The notes under the pieces: model-generated
Database searches by the model: none
What the model saw: the letters and a program-made list of their open reading frames with translations, nothing else
Told to the model about the DNA's origin: nothing
DNA from: an uncultured virus (IMG/VR IMGVR_UViG_3300044506_000040)
Taxonomy: Duplodnaviria; Heunggongvirae; Uroviricota; Caudoviricetes
DNA: 64,000 nt
Reading direction: 5' to 3' (one strand)
Virus record (IMG/VR): IMGVR_UViG_3300044506_000040
In this document: piece after piece, positions 27,621-35,963 of the stretch
Layout: every line of letters begins with the position of its first letter
Position numbering within the stretch: the stretch's first letter is position 1
Translations under genes and position numbers: made by a program

Positions 27621-29942
27621 ATGTCTTTAGTGATGGCGGAAGGCTTTGAGGCAACATTCGATCAAAGCGACCTGACTGCCGCGAAGGGGTGGATGACGTC
27701 ACAGTCCATCACCATCAACGGCAATACGGTAGTCGGCGTTCCGTCGCGCACTGGTGTTCCTGGCACGGGCCTGATGTTGAAGGGCCCGTACTCGAACAGC
27801 GCGGCGTTGCCGATGGCAACGGCGAACGCGCCTGACTTCGGAATGAATGCGCTCAACCAGAGTGTGTACGCCGCGTGGCAAAGCGGTGGTTTCGCAGTGG
27901 GCGTGGCCGCTACGTTTAACAAAGTGAGTCAGTTGGAAGTCGCACCGTACTACTGTAACCAGATTCAGTACGATGGTGCGGGCACCTACTGGGCTGTGGC
28001 CGTCTTGAATGGTACGACGGGTGTGGTGGTGCACTCCACCGATTTGCAGAACTGGACGCTCACCCAGGCCCAGCCTGCTGCCATCTCGCCGTATTCGAGC
28101 ATTGCGGTGTATGGCTCGGGGGCGAATGCTGCCATCGTGGTGTTTCAGAACAACACGGGTATCGGCACCGGTCAGTTCGTGATGGCGGGCTATGGCTCGA
28201 CCAACGGTGGCGTGTCGTGGACCGTCATGTTGAACACCACGAACTGGAACTCGTACATCGGCGTGGGAGCGATTACGCCTTTGCCTGGCGCGCCGAGCGG
28301 TTATGAGTTCTTCGCCTATCCGCCGACCAATGCAAACGGCTGGGTGCTGATTCCGGGCTTTGTTCCGGCTGTGGGTTCCGGCTACACGGTCTGGGGCGCA
28401 ACGTACTACTCGGGTACGACGGCCGTCACGAACACGTCGAATCGGCAATGGTACTCGATTGGTCGCACCAAATCGGGCTGGGCCTGCTTGACGGGCTTCT
28501 CGCCCACGTCCGGCGAGGCGATGCCGTATGCCCAGCAGGCGAAGACCACGCAATGGGCGATGACTCCGATTACGTCGTTGCAACAGCTGTATAGCTCGAC
28601 GATCCCGGCCACGCAGTTGGACATCTGCTACTTCGCGGGTGGTAACGTGTGGATCTCGGTGGGTTACGGCGGCATTTACACCATCGCCAATCCGGGCACG
28701 CCGAGCAGTATCCAGTGTCCGACTACGGGTGTGTGGGCACAGCCGCTCAATGTGGGCGGCGGCGTGGTGACTTCGGTGGACTGTAATGGCTCCATCGCGG
28801 TGGCCGTTGGTAGTGACCCTCTCACGGGTAACGGTTGTCTGTGGACTTCGAAGGACGGGGCCACGTGGTCGAAGTCCGATCGCTTCTTGTGGTCGGGCTC
28901 GGGCGGTTCCACCTTCACCGGGGTGTTCTGGGATGGTCTGCGCTTTGTCTTGACGGGCTGTCTGAGTAACGCCGTGCTTGCGGTCTCACCTGACGGTATT
29001 GCGTGGACGCCGATGTACTACCCGGACTACACCGAGCAAACGGTAGCAGGCACTGCATCGCTTCTGGGTGTCTACGGGGGCACGCAGTCCAACGGTGCCT
29101 TCGTGCCGTGGAACAACACCACTGGTCAAAACGTGGGGGCGGGCATCATGCCGGGGGCAGTGGCGGGTAGCGGGAACAACACCTATCGGCCCGTCTCGGC
29201 ATACCTGGCACCAGGCAGTGGGTCGGCCACTGCGCAGGGTAGCGCACAAAACGTGCCGATCGCTTCCGGGCTGACTCACTACTACGAACTGATCTTCACC
29301 TCGGTGGCGGGGCAACCCAATCAGTTCACGGTGCAGTGGGCGATTGACACGTCGATCATTGGTCCGCTCAATGGGGGCAGTCCAGTGCAACTCGCGCCTT
29401 CCGGGGACACGGGCGTCACGGGTCTCTACTTGAACCTGCCGCGTAACGGTCAGTTCACAGTTGTGGACGATATGTACACGACCAACATGACCAACGACCC
29501 GACGGGTGCGTACGGGCAACAGGGGACGATTAACATCATCCCTGATCCACTCAATGGCGATTCGAGTACGCAGTTCTCGACGTCCAATGCGGGCTCACAT
29601 GCGAGTATTGTGAACACCACGCTTTCCAATTCGGAAGGCTCGATCTACAGTGCCACGCAAGGGCAAACGGACGTCTTCAATACGAACCCGACTATCCCGG
29701 CCAACTACCGGGTGCAGGCTGTGATCGTGGAAGGCTACTTTGCAAAGTACTCGGGCGCGGGTGCTAACGGCGCGGTAGGGGTGGTGAGTGGCACGAAGAG
29801 TGTCCAGGGCTCGCAAGGGGCGGGCACAGGTTTCCAAACCGGATACAGTCAGTTGATTCAGACGACTGATCCGAATACGGGTGCTGCGTGGACCGCGGCC
29901 GGACTTCAATCGATGAAAGTGTCGGTCACTAAGACGACCTAA
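27621..29942 (+). CDS. Asp-box beta-propeller virion/adhesin protein, paralog 6
   Basis: Same motif set; own RBS GAGG. Confidence 0.78.
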   Translation: MSLVMAEGFEATFDQSDLTAAKGWMTSQSITINGNTVVGVPSRTGVPGTGLMLKGPYSNSAALPMATANAPDFGMNALNQSVYAAWQSGGFAVGVAATFNKVSQLEVAPYYCNQIQYDGAGTYWAVAVLNGTTGVVVHSTDLQNWTLTQAQPAAISPYSSIAVYGSGANAAIVVFQNNTGIGTGQFVMAGYGSTNGGVSWTVMLNTTNWNSYIGVGAITPLPGAPSGYEFFAYPPTNANGWVLIPGFVPAVGSGYTVWGATYYSGTTAVTNTSNRQWYSIGRTKSGWACLTGFSPTSGEAMPYAQQAKTTQWAMTPITSLQQLYSSTIPATQLDICYFAGGNVWISVGYGGIYTIANPGTPSSIQCPTTGVWAQPLNVGGGVVTSVDCNGSIAVAVGSDPLTGNGCLWTSKDGATWSKSDRFLWSGSGGSTFTGVFWDGLRFVLTGCLSNAVLAVSPDGIAWTPMYYPDYTEQTVAGTASLLGVYGGTQSNGAFVPWNNTTGQNVGAGIMPGAVAGSGNNTYRPVSAYLAPGSGSATAQGSAQNVPIASGLTHYYELIFTSVAGQPNQFTVQWAIDTSIIGPLNGGSPVQLAPSGDTGVTGLYLNLPRNGQFTVVDDMYTTNMTNDPTGAYGQQGTINIIPDPLNGDSSTQFSTSNAGSHASIVNTTLSNSEGSIYSATQGQTDVFNTNPTIPANYRVQAVIVEGYFAKYSGAGANGAVGVVSGTKSVQGSQGAGTGFQTGYSQLIQTTDPNTGAAWTAAGLQSMKVSVTKTT

Positions 29943-29953
29943 GGAGTCTAGCC

Positions 29954-31156
29954 GTGACTACGAGCATTCAGGTACAAGCTGTACGCGGGCAAGCGTTGGT
30001 TGGTAGCAAACCCGCGATGACGGCTCAAGCTGTGCGTGGTCAGGTAATGGTGGGTACGCTGCCCGGACTCAAAGCGCAATCGGTTCGTGCGCAAGTGATG
30101 ACAACCGCTATTCCGGGGTTGAAAGCACAGTCCGTGCAGGCACAGGTGATGGTGGGCTTACCACCTCAGCCCGTGGGTGCGAAGGGGATTGGTGGACAAG
30201 TTCTGCTCTCGAAGAAGGCAGCGCTCACGGTAGTGAACGTGCAGGCGCAAGCGCTCGCGGGTGGTATCCCGTCGTCCTCTCTTGCTGGTGTTGGTGGTCA
30301 GGTGCTCGTGGGCAGTACGCTTACGGCAGCGCAGTTTTCAGCCATTGGCGGTCAGGTGCTCATCGCCGCCCCTGCTCCCAAGATCACCGTACAGGCAGTC
30401 ACTGGTCAAGTGGTGGCGACCCAGAAGAGCTCGGCAGTAGCGCGCGCTATCACGGGTCAGATCCTCACGACCCTGAAGACAGCACGCAGTCTGACGGTGC
30501 AAGCCGTGACGGGTCAGGTGGTGGCAGCGTCTCCGCCTTCCACCCAGACACAGGCCATCGGCGGGCAGGTGCTGGTATCCAACGGGTATCGCAGTGCAAG
30601 CTCCCTGGGTACGGGCGGGCAGGTGTTGGTTGCGGTCCCGAGCAAGCTGACAGTGCAGAACGTGCAGGCTCAGGCACTGGCAACCATGCCGCCTTCGGCA
30701 ACACTGCAAGGGGTGGCAGGGCAGGTGATGGTCTCAGGGGTCAAGACCGCAAAGGCAATGGCGATTAAGGGTCAGGTACTGACACAACAAAAGCCCAGCG
30801 CCAAAGCGATGGCGATCCGAGGCCAGGTACTCTGTAACGGTAGTGGTGTGACGGGGATGTCGAACTTCGCAACGACCGCGCAGGTGATCCTGAAGCCGAA
30901 GCCCATGATGCAGTCGTACGCCGTGAACACCTCGATCATGATTCGCGCCTCGGGTGGGCTGACCACCAAGGGCATTCAATCGTTCCTGATCGTCAAGCCC
31001 ATTACCGGTTCGGCAGCCAAAGCTATTGCCGGTCAAGTGCTCACGCACAAGCAGCAGGTTATTACCGTGACAGCCGTCACGATGGAAGTACTGGGCGACC
31101 CGATTACAACGACGCTGGCTGAGCCGTCTCAGATCGAGACTTCTTGGTCTAGTTAA
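29954..31156 (+). CDS. Tandem beta-strand repeat protein (~22 repeats of ~17-19 aa), putative scaffold
   Basis: AAGGAG RBS with GTG start; repeats of x(Q/A/G)(A/S/G/N)(V/I)x(G/A)Q(V/A)(L/M/V) separated by short P/S/K/G linkers. Confidence 0.75.
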   Translation: MTTSIQVQAVRGQALVGSKPAMTAQAVRGQVMVGTLPGLKAQSVRAQVMTTAIPGLKAQSVQAQVMVGLPPQPVGAKGIGGQVLLSKKAALTVVNVQAQALAGGIPSSSLAGVGGQVLVGSTLTAAQFSAIGGQVLIAAPAPKITVQAVTGQVVATQKSSAVARAITGQILTTLKTARSLTVQAVTGQVVAASPPSTQTQAIGGQVLVSNGYRSASSLGTGGQVLVAVPSKLTVQNVQAQALATMPPSATLQGVAGQVMVSGVKTAKAMAIKGQVLTQQKPSAKAMAIRGQVLCNGSGVTGMSNFATTAQVILKPKPMMQSYAVNTSIMIRASGGLTTKGIQSFLIVKPITGSAAKAIAGQVLTHKQQVITVTAVTMEVLGDPITTTLAEPSQIETSWSS

Positions 31157-31181
31157 AAGTTATCGCCCGGGGGTATCTCAT

Positions 31182-31321
31182 GAGGAGAGTAAGTAGACCA
31201 CTCAGATCGCGCGCCCGCATGAGTGAGTTCGAAACTCTCCTTGGTTCCTTTTGTTGGTTTTCAGCTTTGCCTTTTCATTCACGTCCGCATCTTCCGCCCT
31301 CGGGAGGTGTGGGCTTTTTTT
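31182..31321 (+). ncRNA. Candidate small RNA / 3'-UTR RNA carrying an anti-leader sequence
   Basis: Stem 31182-31190 with 31234-31242 and inner stem 31199-31204 with 31220-31225; pyrimidine-rich tract complementary to the AACCAAGGAG leaders; ends in a terminator. Confidence 0.45.
31283..31321 (+). terminator. Intrinsic terminator closing the tail module
   Basis: 13-bp stem GTCCGCATCTTCC/GGGAGGTGTGGGC with 4 G-U pairs (works only on + strand), followed by T7. Confidence 0.75.
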
Positions 31322-31419
31322 CCGTTAGGTCAACAAAAAGGAGACAACCCGAAGTGTTCTCGTCAATTAAAACCAAAGTGGGTCATTCTCTGCGAGAGAG
31401 TATTGCCGGTTTCATCAGC

Positions 31420-31665
31420 ATGTTCACGCTCCCCTTTCCTTCGCGTCCCCGCAGTCTCATGACGTATGAAGACTTCCACGAATGGAAGGAGAAGTATTTC
31501 GCGCAGCACAAAGACCACCATGTGGAAGCCGGCGAAGCACTCGGCCGCGCTTTCTGTCAAGTCCACCTGATTCGCGACAGTGAGTTGGAAGCCTCGGAGA
31601 ATCGCATTCACTCCGAGTCGCTCATCCTCTCGCGTTACGTGGATCGTCACCGTGTTTTGAATTAA
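31420..31665 (+). CDS. Hypothetical protein
   Basis: Coding-like 3' part of ORF 31180-31665; the upstream part overlaps the terminator. Confidence 0.6.
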   Translation: MFTLPFPSRPRSLMTYEDFHEWKEKYFAQHKDHHVEAGEALGRAFCQVHLIRDSELEASENRIHSESLILSRYVDRHRVLN

Positions 31666-31667
31666 CC

Positions 31668-32054
31668 ATGCGAACTCCATCCACGATCATCTTCCCTATG
31701 CCCGATCGCGTCGCCGAGATGCAGCGCCTCTGGCGCAGTAACGATTTGTGTCTGGATGACCTGACGCTTGAGCGCTATACCGACGAAGTCATTGACGGTG
31801 TCGTGAGTTGCCTGGACCATCAGAACGTGGCACACACCCAACTCATGTCCTTGGCCGATAAGATCAAGCACCTTGAGGCGTACCACGGTCACGATGCTGC
31901 ATTCACCGTACGCAATGCCGGGGAAGTCTATAAGCTCGGGATGGATTTCCTGAACCTGTTTGAAGAACACAGACTGTACCTGAATGGCAAGTTTGATTAC
32001 GTCTATTCCGGCCGGTGCTCCAACAAAGAAATCATCTTGATTCATTACGCGTAA
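31668..32054 (+). CDS. Hypothetical protein, paralog of 36870-37271
   Basis: P..II N-terminus, ERYTDEVIDGV and LY..G...Y.Y motifs shared with the 36870 gene. Confidence 0.7.
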   Translation: MRTPSTIIFPMPDRVAEMQRLWRSNDLCLDDLTLERYTDEVIDGVVSCLDHQNVAHTQLMSLADKIKHLEAYHGHDAAFTVRNAGEVYKLGMDFLNLFEEHRLYLNGKFDYVYSGRCSNKEIILIHYA

Positions 32055-32064
32055 AAAAAGCGGA

Positions 32065-32091
32065 TTGAAAGCGAAAATAGCCACATATCAC
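32065..32091 (+). promoter_or_regulatory. Putative phage early promoter
   Basis: TTGAA-N14-CATATCAC, matching the 5-copy consensus. Confidence 0.65.
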
Positions 32092-32151
32092 GCCCATGGT
32101 AAATAGCACAACGCTATTACTACAATTAACCAAACTCCATGGGGTGTCATC

Positions 32152-32628
32152 ATGTTGCAAACCGCAAAGAACATTCGTGCAGCAGCTCAAGTCAACTTCG
32201 CGCTCTTCGTGATCGTGGGCATTCTGGGCGTCGGCATCTGGCCGGTCGTCTATCTGTTCAAGCGCGCGTCCAAGATCAACGAGGCCGTCGGTAAGGAAGT
32301 CATCGCCAGCTGGGTGCCCGTCACTCTGCTGGTCATGCTGATCATCTCGCTCGTATGCCGTTTCTTCGGCGAAAGCGACGACATCCAGGGCCTGGGCGTG
32401 CTGCTCTCGCTGGCCATGGGTGTGATCTACATCGTCTGGGCATTCGGTGCGAAGAAGACCCTCGAGTCGCTCGTCATCGACACGTGGGGCATCCGCTCGT
32501 ACAAGCTGAACGGTTTCTACACGTTCTTCTTCACGGTGTTCTACATCGTCTACTGCCTGAACGATCTGGAAACGTTCGTCTCGCGCAACGGCCCGGCCGT
32601 CGAACAACCCGTCGCAGCCCACGCGTAA
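32152..32628 (+). CDS. Four-TM inner membrane protein
   Basis: Four hydrophobic segments; host-like codon usage. Confidence 0.75.
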   Translation: MLQTAKNIRAAAQVNFALFVIVGILGVGIWPVVYLFKRASKINEAVGKEVIASWVPVTLLVMLIISLVCRFFGESDDIQGLGVLLSLAMGVIYIVWAFGAKKTLESLVIDTWGIRSYKLNGFYTFFFTVFYIVYCLNDLETFVSRNGPAVEQPVAAHA

Positions 32629-32635
32629 TCGCATG

Positions 32636-32664
32636 ACCGGCATAAGGGGAGCATTCCGCTCCCC
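32636..32664 (-). terminator. Hairpin + TTATGCCGG element (minus orientation)
   Basis: Reverse strand reads GGGGAGC-GGAAT-GCTCCCC-TTATGCCGGT. Confidence 0.55.
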
Positions 32665-32700
32665 GCCATAACTCTAAACCAAGACAGAGGGTACTCCAAA

Positions 32701-33987
32701 ATGAAGAAGGATAAATTCATGCTGCCGATTATCGCGATGCTTTTCGCGTTCCTCCTTTCGGCATGCGGTGGTGGTGGCGGTGGTTCCAGCAGCTCCGGCG
32801 GCGGTACCTCCACGGGCACCACGACTCCTCCGGCAGGCCAGGCCACCGAAATCACGATGGTCTCGCCGAACGCGAATGCACTCTCGAGCCTCTCGGAAGG
32901 CGGCGACTTCGCGACCGACAGCATCAACTACCTGAACGCGTTTCGCACGGCAGCGGGCCTGAATGTCCTGACCACGCTCCCGGCACTCACGACCACGGCG
33001 CAGAACCACGCGAACTACGAAGCAGCGGTGAGCCTCGTCACCCACGACGAAACGCAATCGCTCTCGCCTTCGACCTTCACGGGTGCGTCCGTCGACCAGC
33101 GCATTCAGGCAGCACACCCGACTTCGCTTGACGGCGAAATCACGGGTTCGGCTTTCGTGGTCGACACCCAGAAGGCAAACGGTGGCAGCGTGCTTTCGAT
33201 CACGGGGCTGCGCGATGCGCCGTTCCACCGCGAGAACATGTTCTACTGCTACCAGAACGTCGGTGCAGGCTCGGCCAATGGTGCCCAGGTCTTCAACGCG
33301 TTCTATAACAGCAACGTGTACACCGAGTACCTGAACGTCGACTTCGCCGATCCCTGCTCGGCGCGTCCTGCTGACACGCAAGTCGTTGTGTGGCCGTTCA
33401 ATGGTCAGACCGGTGTGCCGACCTCCTGGGCCGATACGGAAGCCGAACAACCGGCTGGTGGTGCAGTGACCAACGAACACGGAAGCGTGCTGGGCTACGC
33501 GGTGACGATGCAAGGCTACAACAACGCATCGTTCTCGGGCATGTCCTTCACGATCACCGATTCGTCGGGCTTCGTCGTCCCCTGTGCAGAATACGACTCG
33601 AGCAACAACTCGAACGCGCAAGCTGCCATGGCCGCGCAATGCGTGCCGCTCCTGCAACTGAAGCCGAATACGCTGTACACGGTGAAGGTGACGGGTACCA
33701 TGACGAACGCGAGCTTCACCGCTTCGCCGGTCAACCTGACGTGGACGTTCACCACGGGCGCACAGAACATCGTGAACACGGAGTTCATCGCCCCGAACCT
33801 GAACACCACGCCGAGCCAACCGGTCAACGGTCTGAACGCGACGAACACGGCTATCCTGCAAGCGCAGTACGCCTGCCAGCAATACGAACTGGCTAACCCG
33901 TCTGCCACGGCCCCGTGCTCGTGGCTGGCGAATGCAACTGTCGCCATGGGTAACACCAACGGCGCACAGACGGCTACGGCCAACTAA
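32701..33987 (+). CDS. CAP/SCP-domain lipoprotein with Ig-like C-terminal domain
   Basis: Lipobox LSAC + Gly linker; LNAFRTAAGL, AQNHANY, HDE, APFHRENMF CAP motifs; LKPNTLYTVKV...WTFTT Ig-like motif. Confidence 0.82.
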   Translation: MKKDKFMLPIIAMLFAFLLSACGGGGGGSSSSGGGTSTGTTTPPAGQATEITMVSPNANALSSLSEGGDFATDSINYLNAFRTAAGLNVLTTLPALTTTAQNHANYEAAVSLVTHDETQSLSPSTFTGASVDQRIQAAHPTSLDGEITGSAFVVDTQKANGGSVLSITGLRDAPFHRENMFYCYQNVGAGSANGAQVFNAFYNSNVYTEYLNVDFADPCSARPADTQVVVWPFNGQTGVPTSWADTEAEQPAGGAVTNEHGSVLGYAVTMQGYNNASFSGMSFTITDSSGFVVPCAEYDSSNNSNAQAAMAAQCVPLLQLKPNTLYTVKVTGTMTNASFTASPVNLTWTFTTGAQNIVNTEFIAPNLNTTPSQPVNGLNATNTAILQAQYACQQYELANPSATAPCSWLANATVAMGNTNGAQTATAN

Positions 33988-34001
33988 GCACATCCGTGCG
34001 G

Positions 34002-34029
34002 GAGAGGCTTCGGCCTCTCTTTCTTTTTT
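34002..34029 (+). terminator. Intrinsic terminator with UUCG loop
   Basis: GAGAGGC-TTCG-GCCTCTC followed by a T-rich tail. Confidence 0.85.
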
Positions 34030-34041
34030 CTTAAGGACAAC

Positions 34042-34338
34042 ATGACTATCTGGAAGTGGATTTTTGTCGGCTACGTGGGGCTCAGCTTCTTGCTGGACTT
34101 TGCTGTATTCATCGTCCTGATTCGCGAAGACATCCGGATGATTCGCGAGCCCTGGCGTTACAATCAGTCCAAGTTCGGATACAACCTGTTGCCGAATAAA
34201 GGTTGGAGCATGAAGTGGGGCTTGGGCTGGTGGTTCCTCGCAGCGTGCCTACCCATCATCAACATTCCCGTCGCCGTGATCGTATTGATTATCGCGATCC
34301 GCAACGGACTTGAGAACTGGAGGATGACCCATGAGTGA
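34042..34338 (+). CDS. Small membrane protein
   Basis: AAGGA RBS; two hydrophobic segments. Confidence 0.65.
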   Translation: MTIWKWIFVGYVGLSFLLDFAVFIVLIREDIRMIREPWRYNQSKFGYNLLPNKGWSMKWGLGWWFLAACLPIINIPVAVIVLIIAIRNGLENWRMTHE

Positions 34339-34666
34339 AGGTCTCTGCAAAGGCAACCGCGGCAAGTTCGGCTGCCAGGAAGTCGTCACCGACGGTGGCG
34401 AGGAAGACTCGGGCTTCTGCGAGAAGTGCTTCTGGCCGGGCATTGTTGAAGCCACGGACAAGTACGCGGAACTCATCTCGCAAGGCATGAGCCGCACGCA
34501 GGCCGAAGAGCACTCGGGTCTGCTCGAAGGTGAACGCCACCACCGTTTCGGAACGGTCCCCATCGAGAACGTCCAGCAAGACAACGCTGAGAACGATTTC
34601 GAAGAAGAATCGCATGACGTCGCGGGCAACCACATCCTCGATCAGGACGACGAGGACAACGGCTGA
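34331..34666 (+). CDS. Hypothetical acidic Cys-containing protein
   Basis: GGAGG RBS; four Cys including CxxC; acidic tail. Confidence 0.65.
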   Translation: MSEGLCKGNRGKFGCQEVVTDGGEEDSGFCEKCFWPGIVEATDKYAELISQGMSRTQAEEHSGLLEGERHHRFGTVPIENVQQDNAENDFEEESHDVAGNHILDQDDEDNG

Positions 34667-34726
34667 CTTCCGCATTACCTCTTTATAAAAGGACTCGCCT
34701 GGCCAAGAACTGGGCGAGCTAAAACA

Positions 34727-34981
34727 ATGACTACGACGTTTGGAAAGCGACGCTACGTGATGGATGTCTCGGTGATTTCATCGGGCATCGGTCGTCAACT
34801 CTTTCGCAAGAACGATTACGCCTTCGAATCCGCCCAGCAGGATTACGACGCGATCGCGAAGGACGGGAAGGATCAGTTCATTAAAGAATACAAGCCGAAG
34901 TTCGAAAGCGATCCGCAGATCGCCGCGCGCATCAATGGGGTGCGCTACAAGTTGCGGACCTTCCGGGTTCGCACCGCTTAA
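34727..34981 (+). CDS. Hypothetical protein
   Basis: 84-aa ORF in operon context. Confidence 0.6.
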   Translation: MTTTFGKRRYVMDVSVISSGIGRQLFRKNDYAFESAQQDYDAIAKDGKDQFIKEYKPKFESDPQIAARINGVRYKLRTFRVRTA

Positions 34982-34985
34982 AGAT

Positions 34986-35016
34986 GCCGGGCAGCCGCCC
35001 GGCTTTTATGCCGTCA
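34986..35016 (+). terminator. Hairpin + TTTTATGCCGTCA element
   Basis: GCCGGGC-AGCC-GCCCGGC followed by TTTTATGCCGTCA, tail identical to 8672-8684. Confidence 0.7.
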
Positions 35017-35041
35017 AATGTCATCACGCGAGGAGAGCAAG

Positions 35042-35797
35042 ATGAAACGACTGATAATCGGCGTTGCCTTGGCTTCGGCGAGCTTGCTCGCCATGGCTGA
35101 TGGACCGCGCTCGCAATACGAACAAGCCGCGGTGGACCAAGCCGCACTCGACCCCAACGAAGCCATTGTCAATGACGACGGCGCGGTGGAAGCTCCCAAT
35201 GCGAAGATGTCGGGCACGGCCCGCGCGTATCGCAACGGATACTACAACGGGAAGAAGTCCCAGAAGGAAGACGATGAACAAGCCAACAATCCTCCGCCTC
35301 TGCCGCCCGGGTACCCTGGGCAAGCCGCCCCGCCGCCCCGCGTCGTCGCCCAAGACGATCAGTCCCATTACACGACAATACCTGCGCAACCGCGCCGCCA
35401 ACCAGCGTATGCTCAGGGGTATGGAAGCGGACCGGATGAGGCGCCGTATCCTGCTCGACCAGTTCAACAGCCTGCACCCCCTGTAAACGTCTACGTCCAA
35501 CAGGTCCCGCAGACGCCGCAACAGGCCGTGCAAGATCCGAACTTCGATCCGTCGCAATGGGTCGCGCAACAGATGCAGCCGCAGCCGGTCTATGTGCCCC
35601 GTCCGCCGGTCTACGCGCCGCGCCCGGTACCCACATATACCCAGATGCCGCCGGAAGCCTACGAGCCGCCTCCTGGCCCGCCTGCATCAACGTATGTGGT
35701 AGTGCCGGGTGTTCCGCCCGCATTGGCCACGGGCTACTGGCCGGCATATCGTCCGGTCTACCGTCGCCCGCCGGTGTACTACTACCGCGGTTGGTAA
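35042..35797 (+). CDS. Secreted Pro/Gln/Tyr-rich disordered protein
   Basis: GAGGAG RBS; Sec signal MKRLIIGVALASASLLAMA; long P/Y/Q-rich tail. Confidence 0.72.
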   Translation: MKRLIIGVALASASLLAMADGPRSQYEQAAVDQAALDPNEAIVNDDGAVEAPNAKMSGTARAYRNGYYNGKKSQKEDDEQANNPPPLPPGYPGQAAPPPRVVAQDDQSHYTTIPAQPRRQPAYAQGYGSGPDEAPYPARPVQQPAPPVNVYVQQVPQTPQQAVQDPNFDPSQWVAQQMQPQPVYVPRPPVYAPRPVPTYTQMPPEAYEPPPGPPASTYVVVPGVPPALATGYWPAYRPVYRRPPVYYYRGW

Positions 35798-35857
35798 TGC
35801 CAGCGCGAGGAGACCACTTCGCTGGACTTTGAGTGACGACCGCCCCCACCCGGGGGT

Positions 35858-35882
35858 AGAGGGGTGGCGTCCCTCTTTTTTT
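35858..35882 (+). terminator. Intrinsic terminator
   Basis: AGAGGGG/TCCCTCT stem followed by a T run. Confidence 0.6.
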
Positions 35883-35963
35883 GTTTCCAATCACGATACC
35901 CGACGGTATTACTTTTTACACTGGGCTCTCATCTTCTGAGAAGAACCCCCTCCTAACAAAACC

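Noticed and set aside
16017..29942. Diversity-generating retroelement or shufflon acting on the paralog array
   Set aside because: No reverse transcriptase or recombinase in the window, no near-identical TR/VR pair or inverted crossover sites seen, and every paralog is full length with its own start.
31149..31220. Minus-strand 23-aa micro-ORF using the AACCAAGGAG copy as RBS
   Set aside because: The ATG is 16 nt from the SD, it runs into the convergent tail gene, and local G-U-rich stems favour + strand RNA; not fully excluded.
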